Virus record (IMG/VR): IMGVR_UViG_3300046534_000937
DNA length: 38,569 nucleotides
DNA from: a virus
Reading direction: 5' to 3' (one strand)
The notes below the pieces were generated by a model. It had not been told where the DNA came from. It saw only the letters and a program-made list of their open reading frames with translations, and made no database searches. Made by a program: the position numbers and the translations under genes. Positions within the stretch are counted from its first letter, which is position 1; each line of letters starts with the position of its first letter. Shown piece by piece: positions 1 to 9,024 of the stretch.

Positions 1-97
1 CAAGCTAATACCGATTGTGCCTGTGTTGTGGCCCTTGACGTGTGCGCCGGTGCGTTCGATCGGTCGCCCCTCCGCCTCAGTGCCGTCGCGGTCAATT
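1..97. repeat. Terminal direct repeat, left copy (identical to 38473..38569)
   Basis: The first 97 nt (caagctaataccgattgtgc...gtcgcggtcaatt) recur exactly as the last 97 nt. A minus-strand ORF reads through the implied junction in frame. Confidence 0.95.
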
Positions 98-243
98 AGA
101 AAATGATAGCCATTGTCTGACCAGCCCCGCCCTTCAACATGCCACTCGCGCACTCTGGCAACCTTTTGCGCCGTGGTTTTGTCAGCCCACCAATCGGCGC
201 GGGTCGCAGTGCAGTGAATAATGATTTCGCTAATAGGTCTCAT
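1..243 (-). CDS. Endolysin, N-acetylmuramoyl-L-alanine amidase (Amidase_2 / T7-lysozyme-like), N-terminal part; continues at the other window end
   Basis: My minus-strand translation from the ATG at 243 is MRPISEIIIHCTATRADWW...GWSDNGYHFLIDRDGTEAEGRPIERTGAHVKGHNTGTIGISL. The strings 'IHCTAT', 'GYHFLI' and 'GAHVKGHN' resemble PGRP-type amidase motifs. There is no stop before position 1. Confidence 0.85.
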   Translation of the reverse strand, partial: MRPISEIIIHCTATRADWWADKTTAQKVARVREWHVEGRGWSDNGYHFLIDRDGTEAEGRPIERTGAHVKGHNTGTIGISL

Positions 244-244
244 G

Positions 245-469
245 TCATCCTCCTAATTGCCGCCCCGCGCTCAGCGATTTTCGCCTTTGCTTAATCTCAA
301 GTATCTTGTTGTAGATTGTCAAGACCAAAACCGTCGCGCCTAGAACCGCCATAATAACGGCCCACCCGTCTGATAGCCAAGGGGCCCACGCGAAAAACGT
401 AACGCCGGCACTCCCCTGCGCGACTGGTAGCAATTCTTTCATCAGTGTGCCGTCCTTAAAAATTGCCAT
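245..469 (-). CDS. Putative holin (small membrane protein directly upstream of the endolysin)
   Basis: 74 aa. A hydrophobic span 'GVTFFAWAPWLSDGWAVIMAVLGATVLVLTIY' is followed by the basic tail 'KQRRKSLSAGR'. The stop at 245 lies 1 nt from the endolysin ATG at 243. Confidence 0.55.
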   Translation of the reverse strand: MAIFKDGTLMKELLPVAQGSAGVTFFAWAPWLSDGWAVIMAVLGATVLVLTIYNKILEIKQRRKSLSAGRQLGG

Positions 470-749
470 CCCAGACCCTTAGAGACGCATTGTCTCGGCT
501 CATCATTTCCTTGGCAACAACCTCCTGCATGGCGTGGCTGTCAGTGTGGTCAACGCCCCACTTCTTGGCCCACTCGTAAAACATTTTCATGGGGACCAGC
601 CCAACTAGCTTGTTATCCCCCGCGCCGTCTAGGCCCGCGCTTTTTAGGGCCTTGGCCTTCTTGAGGACTGGATTCCAATCGTGCGATTGCTTTATCAATA
701 TCCGCCCTGTCACCTCGTCGTATGTCATCGACTCGCTTAATTTGCTCAT
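456..749 (-). CDS. Hypothetical protein
   Basis: The ATG at 749 is preceded by GAGG about 7 nt upstream. The composition is protein-like (MSKLSESMTYDEVTGRILIKQSHDWNPVLKK...). The ORF-track version starts at TTG 761. Confidence 0.6.
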   Translation of the reverse strand: MSKLSESMTYDEVTGRILIKQSHDWNPVLKKAKALKSAGLDGAGDNKLVGLVPMKMFYEWAKKWGVDHTDSHAMQEVVAKEMMSRDNASLRVWDGNF

Positions 750-885
750 GGTCTGCCTCAAATTTCAAATGCGGGGAACGATTGCGCAAAATGGCGGCGT
801 TGTCTTCGCTCAGTTCAAACGTCTCACCTTGGCGGCGCAACGCCCCACCAACAAACATCCCTTTAACTAAAACTGTGTATTTCAT
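613..885 (-). CDS. Small ORF after the capsid gene; its 3' part overlaps the next gene out of frame
   Basis: It starts MKYTVLVKGMFVGGALRRQGETFELSEDNAAILRN, which is protein-like. The last third is an R/G/P-rich frame running 137 nt into the 456..749 gene. Confidence 0.35.
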   Translation of the reverse strand: MKYTVLVKGMFVGGALRRQGETFELSEDNAAILRNRSPHLKFEADHEQIKRVDDIRRGDRADIDKAIARLESSPQEGQGPKKRGPRRRGG

Positions 886-896
886 ACTGCACCTCT

Positions 897-935
897 GAAA
901 AGCAGTGGGGCGACCGAAGCCGCCCCGCTTTTATT
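897..935 (-). terminator. Intrinsic terminator-like hairpin downstream of the major capsid gene
   Basis: GGGGCG (907-912) pairs with CGCCCC (921-926) around an 8-nt loop. On the minus strand it is followed by ACTGCTTTTC. T-rich tracts flank it on both strands. Confidence 0.6.
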
Positions 936-1891
936 TAGGAGATTGCGTTATCGAAGAGGCCGCCGTTTGCGGCTTCGTTCTTGCAAACTAGGGTAAGCTC
1001 CGTAACCACCTGGCGTTTGTCGTTGTCGCCCGTTTTGGCAAGCGCCTGATTCTTGGTAGCCCGCAGAACACCAGCGCACCACATATCAGACTGGTTGATG
1101 AAGATGTCCCGGCTGCGGTTCTCACGAGTAGGAACCCAAGTCACTGTGCCCCAAGGCGTAACGTAAACCGCCATTGCGTTGCGAACCTCGTCTTTGCTCG
1201 CTTCAATGTTGGCCCGCTGGTTGTTATTGCCAGTAAAGCCTAGCGCGATATTCATCTGGTAGGATGAAAGCATGACAGTGTCAGGCTTGCCGCCGGCAGA
1301 CCAGATTGATTCCATAACCGTATCGAAGCGCGCCTGGCTGAAGTCAATCAGCGTGGTTGTTTCGTCGGTGCGCGCGTCGGTGCCGTCGCCTGTTGCCGAA
1401 GCACCCTCATTCGCCCCAAAAAGCACGTTAGTGGTCAGCCATGCAGGAGCGCCCGCAAGTTCACGCGCTGTAGTCGCATTGCCCGCAACTCGCGCGTTAT
1501 TGGCAAACATAGCCTTTTCAATATCGAGCTTTTGTTCTTTTGCAATCTTGAGTATTTGGAATGCCATTTCCTTGGCGCGGCCAGCTTTATTCAGGCCGTC
1601 GTCAGTGCCGGGGATAACAACCGCATTCTTAAAGATTTGCGTGTAATTGCCCTGACGGGTGGTCGCTGTGCGCGCCTCGGCAGCTGTGTCGTCGCCTTCG
1701 ATGTGGGCATTTGTAGCGGACGAGCGCAATGAGTCGGTCTGATGTTCATGGTACGTATTGGTCGCTTTGACCTTTGCCATGCCGCTATAGAACGGCGTTT
1801 CCTCTGGCGAGATGTCATAGATGGAATCCGAAAGATCCTCGCGGATGCCGTTGACGTCGTAGCTGTCGAATGTGTTGGCTGGTTGTGCCAT
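935..1891 (-). CDS. Major capsid protein (HK97-fold, DUF5309/SU10-like family)
   Basis: 318 aa. The N-terminus 'FDSYDVNGIREDLSDSIYDISPEETPF' and the overall length fit this capsid family. It is preceded by the portal and scaffold genes and followed by a hairpin terminator. Confidence 0.9.
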   Translation of the reverse strand: MAQPANTFDSYDVNGIREDLSDSIYDISPEETPFYSGMAKVKATNTYHEHQTDSLRSSATNAHIEGDDTAAEARTATTRQGNYTQIFKNAVVIPGTDDGLNKAGRAKEMAFQILKIAKEQKLDIEKAMFANNARVAGNATTARELAGAPAWLTTNVLFGANEGASATGDGTDARTDETTTLIDFSQARFDTVMESIWSAGGKPDTVMLSSYQMNIALGFTGNNNQRANIEASKDEVRNAMAVYVTPWGTVTWVPTRENRSRDIFINQSDMWCAGVLRATKNQALAKTGDNDKRQVVTELTLVCKNEAANGGLFDNAIS

Positions 1892-1912
1892 TTTGGGTAT
1901 TCCTATTCGGGT

Positions 1913-2893
1913 TTAATTGTCAGGCGCAAGCATGGAAGCAACAAAGTCGTCTATGCTGCCAGTTTTCCGGGCTTTCGCCAATTGCTTGTCACGGGCAACG
2001 CTTTGAGGCTGTTTTCTTCGTCCAGTCGGCTTGATTGTTTTCTGGGGCTTTGGCGTAACTTTCGCCGCAGATTTGCCAGATTGCAATTCTCGCCATTTCA
2101 TAGCGTCCATGAGAACGCTAACCGCTCGGGAGTCTGTGACTTCGCCCATTTCGCCTGGGGTGAAGTGGTAACTCTCGATGCCCGTTTTAAACAACTTGTC
2201 CCGCAACGGCGCAGCCGTCTCAGGGTTTGCAAATTCAGGTATTGCAGTTTTCAAGCGTTGGACTTGCTCTTGCAGGTAGACCTGTTTTGCCTGTTGTTGC
2301 ATTGCAGACTGGCGCTGTGTGACGTCTTGGATTTGAGACTGCTGGGCAGTGTACTCAACCATATCGGCGTCATATCGCGCGTTCTCCTGCATGTACCCAA
2401 TAGGGTCGCTGTTGAGCAGGGCTGCACTAGGCTTCTGCGGCATCGTCTTCATGCCGTTTTGCTGTAGGCTCTGGACGGTTTCAACAAATTTGCGTTGTTC
2501 CGCTTGGAGGGACGAATACATCTGCTCAGTTTGCTTGCGCACGTCGGCGGATTCTTGCATCCCTTTTTGGATATACGCTTGCCCCGAATAGGAGCGGGTA
2601 AGGTCTTCAAGGGTAACTTGCTTGTCTGCGCCGTCTATTTTGACAGTGTAGAGCTTATTTGCAGGTGCCTTTTCGCCTTCGTCTTGTTCGGCTGCGTAAT
2701 CCTCATCGTCTGAGGTTTCGCCCTCGTCTGGCGCTTCCTCGTCGGGGTTCTCGATTTGTTCCCCGTCTTCTAGTGCGTCGTCTTCCTCGATTTCTTCCGG
2801 CTCGGGCGCTTCTTGCGTTACCTCGTCGGCGTCGTCTTGGGATTCGGGCGCGAGCAGTCCTTGAACTGCTGTCTCTAGGTCAGTCGCTTGCAC
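1913..2893 (-). CDS. Scaffolding protein
   Basis: 326 aa. The N-terminal third is very acidic with E/D runs, and the middle is Q/E/K-rich and coiled-coil-like. It lies between the portal and capsid genes. Confidence 0.7.
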   Translation of the reverse strand: MQATDLETAVQGLLAPESQDDADEVTQEAPEPEEIEEDDALEDGEQIENPDEEAPDEGETSDDEDYAAEQDEGEKAPANKLYTVKIDGADKQVTLEDLTRSYSGQAYIQKGMQESADVRKQTEQMYSSLQAEQRKFVETVQSLQQNGMKTMPQKPSAALLNSDPIGYMQENARYDADMVEYTAQQSQIQDVTQRQSAMQQQAKQVYLQEQVQRLKTAIPEFANPETAAPLRDKLFKTGIESYHFTPGEMGEVTDSRAVSVLMDAMKWRELQSGKSAAKVTPKPQKTIKPTGRRKQPQSVARDKQLAKARKTGSIDDFVASMLAPDN

Positions 2894-3125
2894 GGTCCTG
2901 ATTCCTCTTTTCTATAATTTTGCCGTCCACAATAAAGGATTGCAGCTGGCTTTGGACTTCCTTGACGGCAAACGCCATCCGCCGGGCCTCAAGGACTTCC
3001 TCGTCGGTTGCCAGCTTATTGGTAAATATATCACAGTGCCGCCGAAATGCAACAGTGAAGGCTTCTTGCAACACATCGTCAGCCATAAGGTTTGCGGCGT
3101 GGTTGGCCCTTGCGATTTTATCCAT
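2880..3125 (-). CDS. Hypothetical head-module protein
   Basis: 81 aa with helical composition. It overlaps the portal stop and the scaffold start by a few nt. Confidence 0.6.
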   Translation of the reverse strand: MDKIARANHAANLMADDVLQEAFTVAFRRHCDIFTNKLATDEEVLEARRMAFAVKEVQSQLQSFIVDGKIIEKRNQDRASD

Positions 3126-5205
3126 TGTTCATGCCCCCGTATTGACGTGGTGCGTTCTGCTGTGCGCTAACCTGCGCAACGTCAACGCTAGTGCCGTATT
3201 GGCCCAATATCTTCGCGGCATCGACAAGCAGGCTTTGCGCCAATTCATCGCGCTTGAAATCATCGCTGTTCGCCATGTCCATCAGCTTGCGCTGGTGTTC
3301 CATCGTGGCCTTTTGCATGTCCACTTGGGCGCGAGTCTGGGCCTTCATTTGCTCAGCCTGCAAGAATGCCGCGTTGGGGTCGCCACCTTGGCCCTGCTGT
3401 GCCTGTGCTGCCTGTGCCTGTTGCTCCATAATCTGCTGCTCAATTTGCGCATTCATGGGCTGCATGTAGCGGTCTGAGTTGTGGACCCCGCCATGCGCCA
3501 TGATGTCGGCCTGCGCGTTGCGAATGTTGGTCATTGAAACCATCCCGTTTTGTGGGCCATAGGTGCCAAATACCTGCATTTGCAGCGCCGCGATTTGTTG
3601 CAGCGTCATCATTTTTTCGTCGTGCTTGTTGGTGCCAAGGCCTACGTTTGCCATCATGTCCAAATCAACGCCCCACGACCGTGGGTCTACCGGGATGAAT
3701 TGACCGTCTAGCCGCATCATTTCTTCGGGGTTAGGGTTGGCGCGGGCAATCTGTGCAATGGTGCGGAAAAGTTGCTTCATGCCGCCCTCAGCCAGCGTGC
3801 GGGCGATAAGCTCGGAAACTGCGGTCGCGGCCTGTACAGCGGCGTTAACGCCCGTAGCGGTCTGGTTTTGTAGGCTGTCGGTGTCCATGCTGCCATTAGC
3901 GCCAGAGACGCCCGTCTTGGACCTGATGGCCTCGTCATAGAGCGCGATTGCCGGGATTGCCGATGTCGCAGCGGACCCTATAAGAATCTCGCGCACCGCC
4001 GTCATGTCTGTTGTGCGAATAATTCCGCCGATTTCATTGTTCAACAAATCGTCCATCTCGACCGAGTTGTCGTTAACTAACAGCCTCGGGTTGTTGAGCA
4101 TGGCGATATTGTCGAGCAAGCCACGAATCAATGACGTTGAAGCGTCTTGGTCCTCAAGAATGATATCAACAATGGACCGGCCAAAGAACGTATGTGGCTC
4201 CGGGTCTACCTCGAACACGGCGAACGGGTTGAAGTCACAAAGCTCATGCTCAAGCAACTCGTAGTTCAAGCCGGCACAGATAAACTTATACAGGCGCGGG
4301 ATGCCTACGCCCTCGATGTCCATCCGCATATACGCTTCGGTAATCTTAATTTTTCGCATTGAAGGGTCAAGCGCGTTCTCGTCGTCGTCGCGCTCGCCAA
4401 AACCGCGCCGCGCGATTTCTTCCTCCTCTTGCACGCTGCCCTCGCCGGACCCCGCGAGGTTGTAAACCTTGTCAAAGTCAAAGCCCATTTCGACCAGATC
4501 CCCGACCCGCCCGTCCGTGCTGTGGCCGCAGATAAAACAATCGTCTAGGCTAATCGCGTTGCTGTCGACGAAGAAGTCTTCAGGCGCGATGCTGTGAACC
4601 TTAATCTCGCCGCGTTTTTTCGTAAGGCTGACCTTGGCGTCATACAGCGCCGGGGTCATGGGCTGGCCCATTGGGTCAAGCATGGCCTCTTGGGTTAGCT
4701 CCGACTCAACAATTTCTGCGCCCTCGTCGCTGGCAAGGTCCGACATCTGGTCCTCAGTAAGGCCCGTGTATTCGTCAAATTCAACCTCTTCCGTCTCGTC
4801 ATAGTACGCCTTGGCGATGCCGACCTTCTTGATAAGTGCGTCGTGAAAAACGTCGCTTAGAACGCTGAACCCATCATTTCGGTTAAAGACATAACTGCAA
4901 TACTTAGACGCCTGCTCAGCGGCCCCCACAGCTTGCCCCGGGCGCGGCACGAACTCAACCGGCGCGGCAGACTGCAAGAAAACTCGCATCAGCGCAGGCT
5001 TGATTGCCCGCACCGTGTCACGGCATTTGGTAGCCACAACCTTTGAGCGGCCCTCTTCATATTTCAGGTCGGACTTGCCGTCAAAGTACTTCTGCGCTTT
5101 GATGCGGTCCGGCGCGACTTCGCTTTCGATAAAGTCAACGGCTTCACGGATGGCAACCTTTACAGAGTTGCCAATTTGTTCTTCTGTGAGCTTTTTCGGC
5201 TTCAT
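3118..5205 (-). CDS. Portal protein
   Basis: 695 aa, immediately upstream of the scaffold and capsid genes. The C-terminal tail is Q/A-rich ('QQAQAAQAQQGQGG'). The call rests on size, position and resemblance to podovirus portals. Confidence 0.8.
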   Translation of the reverse strand: MKPKKLTEEQIGNSVKVAIREAVDFIESEVAPDRIKAQKYFDGKSDLKYEEGRSKVVATKCRDTVRAIKPALMRVFLQSAAPVEFVPRPGQAVGAAEQASKYCSYVFNRNDGFSVLSDVFHDALIKKVGIAKAYYDETEEVEFDEYTGLTEDQMSDLASDEGAEIVESELTQEAMLDPMGQPMTPALYDAKVSLTKKRGEIKVHSIAPEDFFVDSNAISLDDCFICGHSTDGRVGDLVEMGFDFDKVYNLAGSGEGSVQEEEEIARRGFGERDDDENALDPSMRKIKITEAYMRMDIEGVGIPRLYKFICAGLNYELLEHELCDFNPFAVFEVDPEPHTFFGRSIVDIILEDQDASTSLIRGLLDNIAMLNNPRLLVNDNSVEMDDLLNNEIGGIIRTTDMTAVREILIGSAATSAIPAIALYDEAIRSKTGVSGANGSMDTDSLQNQTATGVNAAVQAATAVSELIARTLAEGGMKQLFRTIAQIARANPNPEEMMRLDGQFIPVDPRSWGVDLDMMANVGLGTNKHDEKMMTLQQIAALQMQVFGTYGPQNGMVSMTNIRNAQADIMAHGGVHNSDRYMQPMNAQIEQQIMEQQAQAAQAQQGQGGDPNAAFLQAEQMKAQTRAQVDMQKATMEHQRKLMDMANSDDFKRDELAQSLLVDAAKILGQYGTSVDVAQVSAQQNAPRQYGGMNNG

Positions 5206-5387
5206 GATTTACCTTCTGTCCTTGAATTATCGGGTGCCAGTGCGGATATGACCATCATGGAAATAACAACAATCATCGCAGGTGTTTTGGCAGGCAATTT
5301 CCTAACGGTCGGAATTATGCTTAACATTCGCGAGCTAGACGTTCCGAACCCGTCCCTTAAAAACATTGTGGCGCTGTTGCTATTCAT
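5202..5387 (-). CDS. Small hypothetical protein in an AT-richer spacer
   Basis: 61 aa with ATGA overlaps at both ends (5384-5387 and 5202-5205). It has a hydrophobic core 'AMIVVISMMVISALA'. The antisense ORF 5176..5445 is an alternative reading. Confidence 0.45.
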   Translation of the reverse strand: MNSNSATMFLRDGFGTSSSRMLSIIPTVRKLPAKTPAMIVVISMMVISALAPDNSRTEGKS

Positions 5388-7510
5388 CGGCGCGGCCCTT
5401 GCAGTAACCCTCGCGTGCGCTCAGTCACTGTCGGAAGTGCTGTAAGCCCAGCGCCAAGAGTCACTGCGTTGACGCCTTGGCCTGTGTTGGCTGGCAGCGG
5501 GTTTGAAGTAAGATTTCTTATGATGCTATCCAAAGCCGCCGCGCCATTCGGGCGTGACAGAACGTCAGCCAACTGACCGCGCACGTCGTCGCTAAGGCGC
5601 GCGATTGAAGCATCATCTGACCCAAGCCCGCGCCGTCCAATATCCCGCACGCCTTCAATGGGCTGTAGGTTGCGAACCGCGCCGGGGGCAACCTCTTCCG
5701 AAACAATCCGATCCGCAGCTAGGCGCGGTTGAGTTGCGCTGTTCATGGCAACGCGCGACCGAAGACCGAGCGCAGCACCAGCTTCCCGAAGCTGTTTTAG
5801 CACCTCTGGGGCCTCGTCACCAAACAGCGCTTGCAGTTTAAGCTTTGAATTGGGGCTAGATGTTTGGCTAAACAATGAAAGCGCTTGCCGCGCGTCTACA
5901 TTCTGGTCAGATGCTACCGCCCGCACATTCCCCATAACGTGGTCGATTTGGCTGCGCACCCCTTGGCGCATGGCCCGCAACTCAGCAGGCGTGGCGTCGG
6001 CTATGGCTTCGGCCATGTCTTCAATAGTGGTGTTCGTTGCCAAAAGTGTTTGGCCCGTCCGCACGGCTGCACGGCTGCGAATGTCTGTTGATGCCGCTTG
6101 CAGCGCCTCGTCGTATCCCGGCACCGCATCAGCTAACGCCCCGCGCAGGTCACGCGCTACACGGTTGGCAAAAGCGCCATCGGGTGACATTCGGCCCGTG
6201 ATAGAGTCCTTACTGGCCTCGGCCACCTCGTCAAAGGCGCGCTTGATATAGTCCGCCATCATAGTGTTGGGCATTTCGTCAAACACTACAGACCCGTCGT
6301 CACCAATTTGCGCCATGATTTGCTGGTTTGGGAAGCCGTCATAAATCATACGGTCGTTCGCTTGCTGCACAGCGCTCCGCACAAGGCCGCGTGGCGCGCG
6401 GGTCAGGATGTCCTCAACAGCCCGACCTTCTGGCGTGTCGTAGTTGATACGCGTGTCATATGCTTTTTGATAAAGGGGGTTAATTATGGGACGCGCAGAA
6501 GCCGCCCGCGCCGATTGGTTGGCAAGGGGCGGGATGCTCGGACCCATGCGCCCGCCGTCAAGCGCGTCAAGAACGCCCGCCGTTGTCGCTTCTGCGCGCG
6601 CATCAACTCGGCCACGCGCCAAGGCCGCGCCAGGTGTTGGGCTGCGCATAGCTGCATCAAGTGACCCCCCCGCACCGGGGCTGACATCTGCCAACATGGC
6701 GCTAGGCCCAGCTTGGTCAAGCGCTGCCCGCATTGCTGTGGGGTCTTCCTCGCCAATAACGCGGCCCAATACTCGGCCCGTCTCTGGCGTTACATTTAGC
6801 GCCGCGCCTATTTGGTTGCCGACTCTTGAATTTCTCGCCGCGCCTTGGCCTGCGCGGTATACCTGCCCAACACCCGCCGCCACTCCCGGAATCGCGCCTC
6901 CAAGCAATCCACCGAACAGCCCCCCAATTCCACCGGACGCCGCGCGGTTTTGAAAGCCGCCCTCGCCCTCCATAAATCCTTGCGTAGCGCCTGCGCCAGC
7001 GCCCAGCCCCATTCCGCGCATAACTCCGCGTGCAAGTGTTGGGGCCGCACGAATCGCGCCAACGCCAAGCGCTGCCGGGGCAATCGCGCCGAACAGGTCA
7101 GCGGACAATCTGGCCGCGCCCGACATGTTTTCCTCGTTCTGGCGGAATCTCTCTAATTCGTCCCCGTATGCGCGGCCTGTTAGCGCGCTCGTGACCGCTG
7201 CGCTCGCCTCGTCGCCCACGGTGCCCAGCGTCATGCTTTCGCCCGCGCGGTTAAGCCAAGTGCCAAAATCTTCGCCGTATGATTGCACGCCGTCGTCGCT
7301 GCCTATGATGTTGTCAAATAGGGCTGCACCCAAGCCACGCTCTGGCGGCGCTGCGACTGGCTGCTCTAGCCCGCCCTGTGCCCCCGCAGATTGCCTGCGC
7401 TGCAATTCAGCAACTGCCTGCGCCCGTGTTGGGCCTGATTGCATGGTTGGCGCGCTTGCCGCTGCTGCTCTGCGGTCAAGTTCGGCCTGTGCTTGTGCTG
7501 CTGTTGTCAT
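5384..7510 (-). CDS. Large internal-virion / ejection-type protein candidate
   Basis: 708 aa with a Gly-zipper-like hydrophobic stretch 'GLGAGAGATQGF...GGIGGLFGGLLGGAIPGVAAGVG'. It is ATGA-coupled to its neighbours next to the portal gene. I recognised no enzymatic motif. Confidence 0.5.
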   Translation of the reverse strand: MTTAAQAQAELDRRAAAASAPTMQSGPTRAQAVAELQRRQSAGAQGGLEQPVAAPPERGLGAALFDNIIGSDDGVQSYGEDFGTWLNRAGESMTLGTVGDEASAAVTSALTGRAYGDELERFRQNEENMSGAARLSADLFGAIAPAALGVGAIRAAPTLARGVMRGMGLGAGAGATQGFMEGEGGFQNRAASGGIGGLFGGLLGGAIPGVAAGVGQVYRAGQGAARNSRVGNQIGAALNVTPETGRVLGRVIGEEDPTAMRAALDQAGPSAMLADVSPGAGGSLDAAMRSPTPGAALARGRVDARAEATTAGVLDALDGGRMGPSIPPLANQSARAASARPIINPLYQKAYDTRINYDTPEGRAVEDILTRAPRGLVRSAVQQANDRMIYDGFPNQQIMAQIGDDGSVVFDEMPNTMMADYIKRAFDEVAEASKDSITGRMSPDGAFANRVARDLRGALADAVPGYDEALQAASTDIRSRAAVRTGQTLLATNTTIEDMAEAIADATPAELRAMRQGVRSQIDHVMGNVRAVASDQNVDARQALSLFSQTSSPNSKLKLQALFGDEAPEVLKQLREAGAALGLRSRVAMNSATQPRLAADRIVSEEVAPGAVRNLQPIEGVRDIGRRGLGSDDASIARLSDDVRGQLADVLSRPNGAAALDSIIRNLTSNPLPANTGQGVNAVTLGAGLTALPTVTERTRGLLQGPRR

Positions 7511-9024
7511 TGCCCACCATCCACGATTGCTTGCAATTCTTCTGGCGTCATATTTGAAAGGGCCGCGCCGCCGCTGTTGCTGCCATGCGCCGCAATTAGT
7601 CTTTGCACTTGGTTGGGAATGCTAGACGATTGGTCAAGCGCGCTCAAATCTTGCATCGCCTGCGCTTGCGTGTAGCTTGCATCGCCCATCATTCTGTTGA
7701 CAATATCCGAGCGCGCGATGTTGAATTGGGCCTTGGCCTGCATGACTGCAATAATTGCAGAGTTAGCGGCCCTTGTGTTCCTCATGTTGCCAAGGGAATC
7801 AAGCATTCCCTGATATTCAATATCAGACGTAGAGCCAGACCCCTCGGCGCGGAGGGTTGGGCCTACTCGTTTGACAATCGCATCCCTTAACGCTGCGACG
7901 TCGTTAAACTCGGGGAACATTTGTGCAAGCCTGCCGGACACGGGGCCTTCCGGCGCTAGAGCCGCCAATTCTTGCAATGTGTTCAGGTCGCCCATAGCGG
8001 CAGATGCTGCTGACCCTGTTGTCCTAAAATTACCAAACTCTTTAATAAGCCCCTCCGATAGGCCAGCGCGCAACGCAGCGTCAGGGTCTATTTCGCCGCC
8101 CGCGCCGTTTGTGATATTTACGCTGGTTCCGCCCGCTCCAAACGCCCGCTCCATTGCAGCCGCAGGGTCCATTCCTTGCGCAAGGAGGAAGTCGTAGTTC
8201 TGCATCCCGCTTGTCTGGTCTGCTGGGGCATTAGACGCCTGATACGCCTGCAAAGCTGGCACGACGCCCAGCGCCTCGGCCATAGCCGCAAATTGCTCAC
8301 CATTTGGCTGGCTGCGCAGCCATTCTATTGAGCGGTTGGTCCGTTTCTCGTCGCGCCGTCCTTGGCGTGCGCCCGCGACCTGCTGTCCCACGTTGCCGTC
8401 AGGGTTGAGGCGCATTGAGTTGAAGCCCATCGCCAAGTTGCCCATCAGGTCTTTGAAATTATCGCGCTGCGTAAATGGCTGCGCGGTCTGCCCTGTTGCA
8501 TTTGTGTCACGCCTTTGCAGGCCCAATGCGCCTAGGATGCCTTGCGGTTCTTGTGCCATTTCCGGCGCTCCTCGTGTGGACATTGTGGGCTGCTGCCCTT
8601 GTGACGTGCCATAGTAAGCGTCTCGCATCCAATCTGAGGCGTTCGCTGACCGACCACCTGCGCCCCATACGCTTTCATCCCCGTATCCAAGATGCATTCT
8701 CCCCGCGCCCATGTAATCCGCGCCCTCCCCAAAGCCCGTAAGGCCGTTTGCGCGGCCCCTTGATACGATTTGACTGAGGAGGCCCCTGTCCTGCTCGTTC
8801 GCAGGGTTGAGCCGCCGACCACCCATGTAGAAGTCTGCGTCGACTGCGTTGCCGTGGTCGTGGCGTGTGGACCCCGTGCGGTTCGGCCCCTCTGCATCCT
8901 GGCCTCCGCTAATGACGTTCATCGTTAAGCCTAATTCGGGCAGGAACGACAAGGCATTGACCAGATTAGGTGCTAAGGGCTGGTTGCGAGTTGCCCCTTG
9001 GTTGGAATAGCGCAGCCAATCCAT
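7507..9024 (-). CDS. Virion-associated peptidoglycan hydrolase candidate (N-terminal LAS/M15-type metallopeptidase domain)
   Basis: 'GSTRHDHGNAVDADF' resembles the SxHxxGxAxD zinc motif, with 'GRMHLGYG' downstream. 505 aa, inside the ejection-protein block. Confidence 0.55.
   Translation of the reverse strand: MDWLRYSNQGATRNQPLAPNLVNALSFLPELGLTMNVISGGQDAEGPNRTGSTRHDHGNAVDADFYMGGRRLNPANEQDRGLLSQIVSRGRANGLTGFGEGADYMGAGRMHLGYGDESVWGAGGRSANASDWMRDAYYGTSQGQQPTMSTRGAPEMAQEPQGILGALGLQRRDTNATGQTAQPFTQRDNFKDLMGNLAMGFNSMRLNPDGNVGQQVAGARQGRRDEKRTNRSIEWLRSQPNGEQFAAMAEALGVVPALQAYQASNAPADQTSGMQNYDFLLAQGMDPAAAMERAFGAGGTSVNITNGAGGEIDPDAALRAGLSEGLIKEFGNFRTTGSAASAAMGDLNTLQELAALAPEGPVSGRLAQMFPEFNDVAALRDAIVKRVGPTLRAEGSGSTSDIEYQGMLDSLGNMRNTRAANSAIIAVMQAKAQFNIARSDIVNRMMGDASYTQAQAMQDLSALDQSSSIPNQVQRLIAAHGSNSGGAALSNMTPEELQAIVDGGQ

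Noticed and set aside
1-97. The end repeats considered as att sites, LTRs or inverted repeats of a mobile element or prophage
   Set aside because: The repeat is direct, lies inside the endolysin coding sequence, and the ORF is continuous across the junction. No integrase or host flank is present. The simplest reading is a circular-assembly overlap or terminal redundancy.
1742-3477. Long plus-strand ORFs (1742..2467, 2920..3477 and neighbours) opposite the scaffold, portal and small head genes
   Set aside because: Their compositions are R/L/C/S-rich and not protein-like, they lack SD sequences, and they are antisense to genes with clear family signatures. These are typical open antisense frames in G+C-rich DNA.
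5745-7625. Plus-strand ORFs 5745..6251, 6486..6953, 6845..7156 and 7125..7625, plus minus-strand alternative frames inside the 708-aa gene
   Set aside because: They are A/R/S/P-rich shadow frames of a G+C-rich gene. The 5384..7510 frame is ATGA-coupled at both ends.
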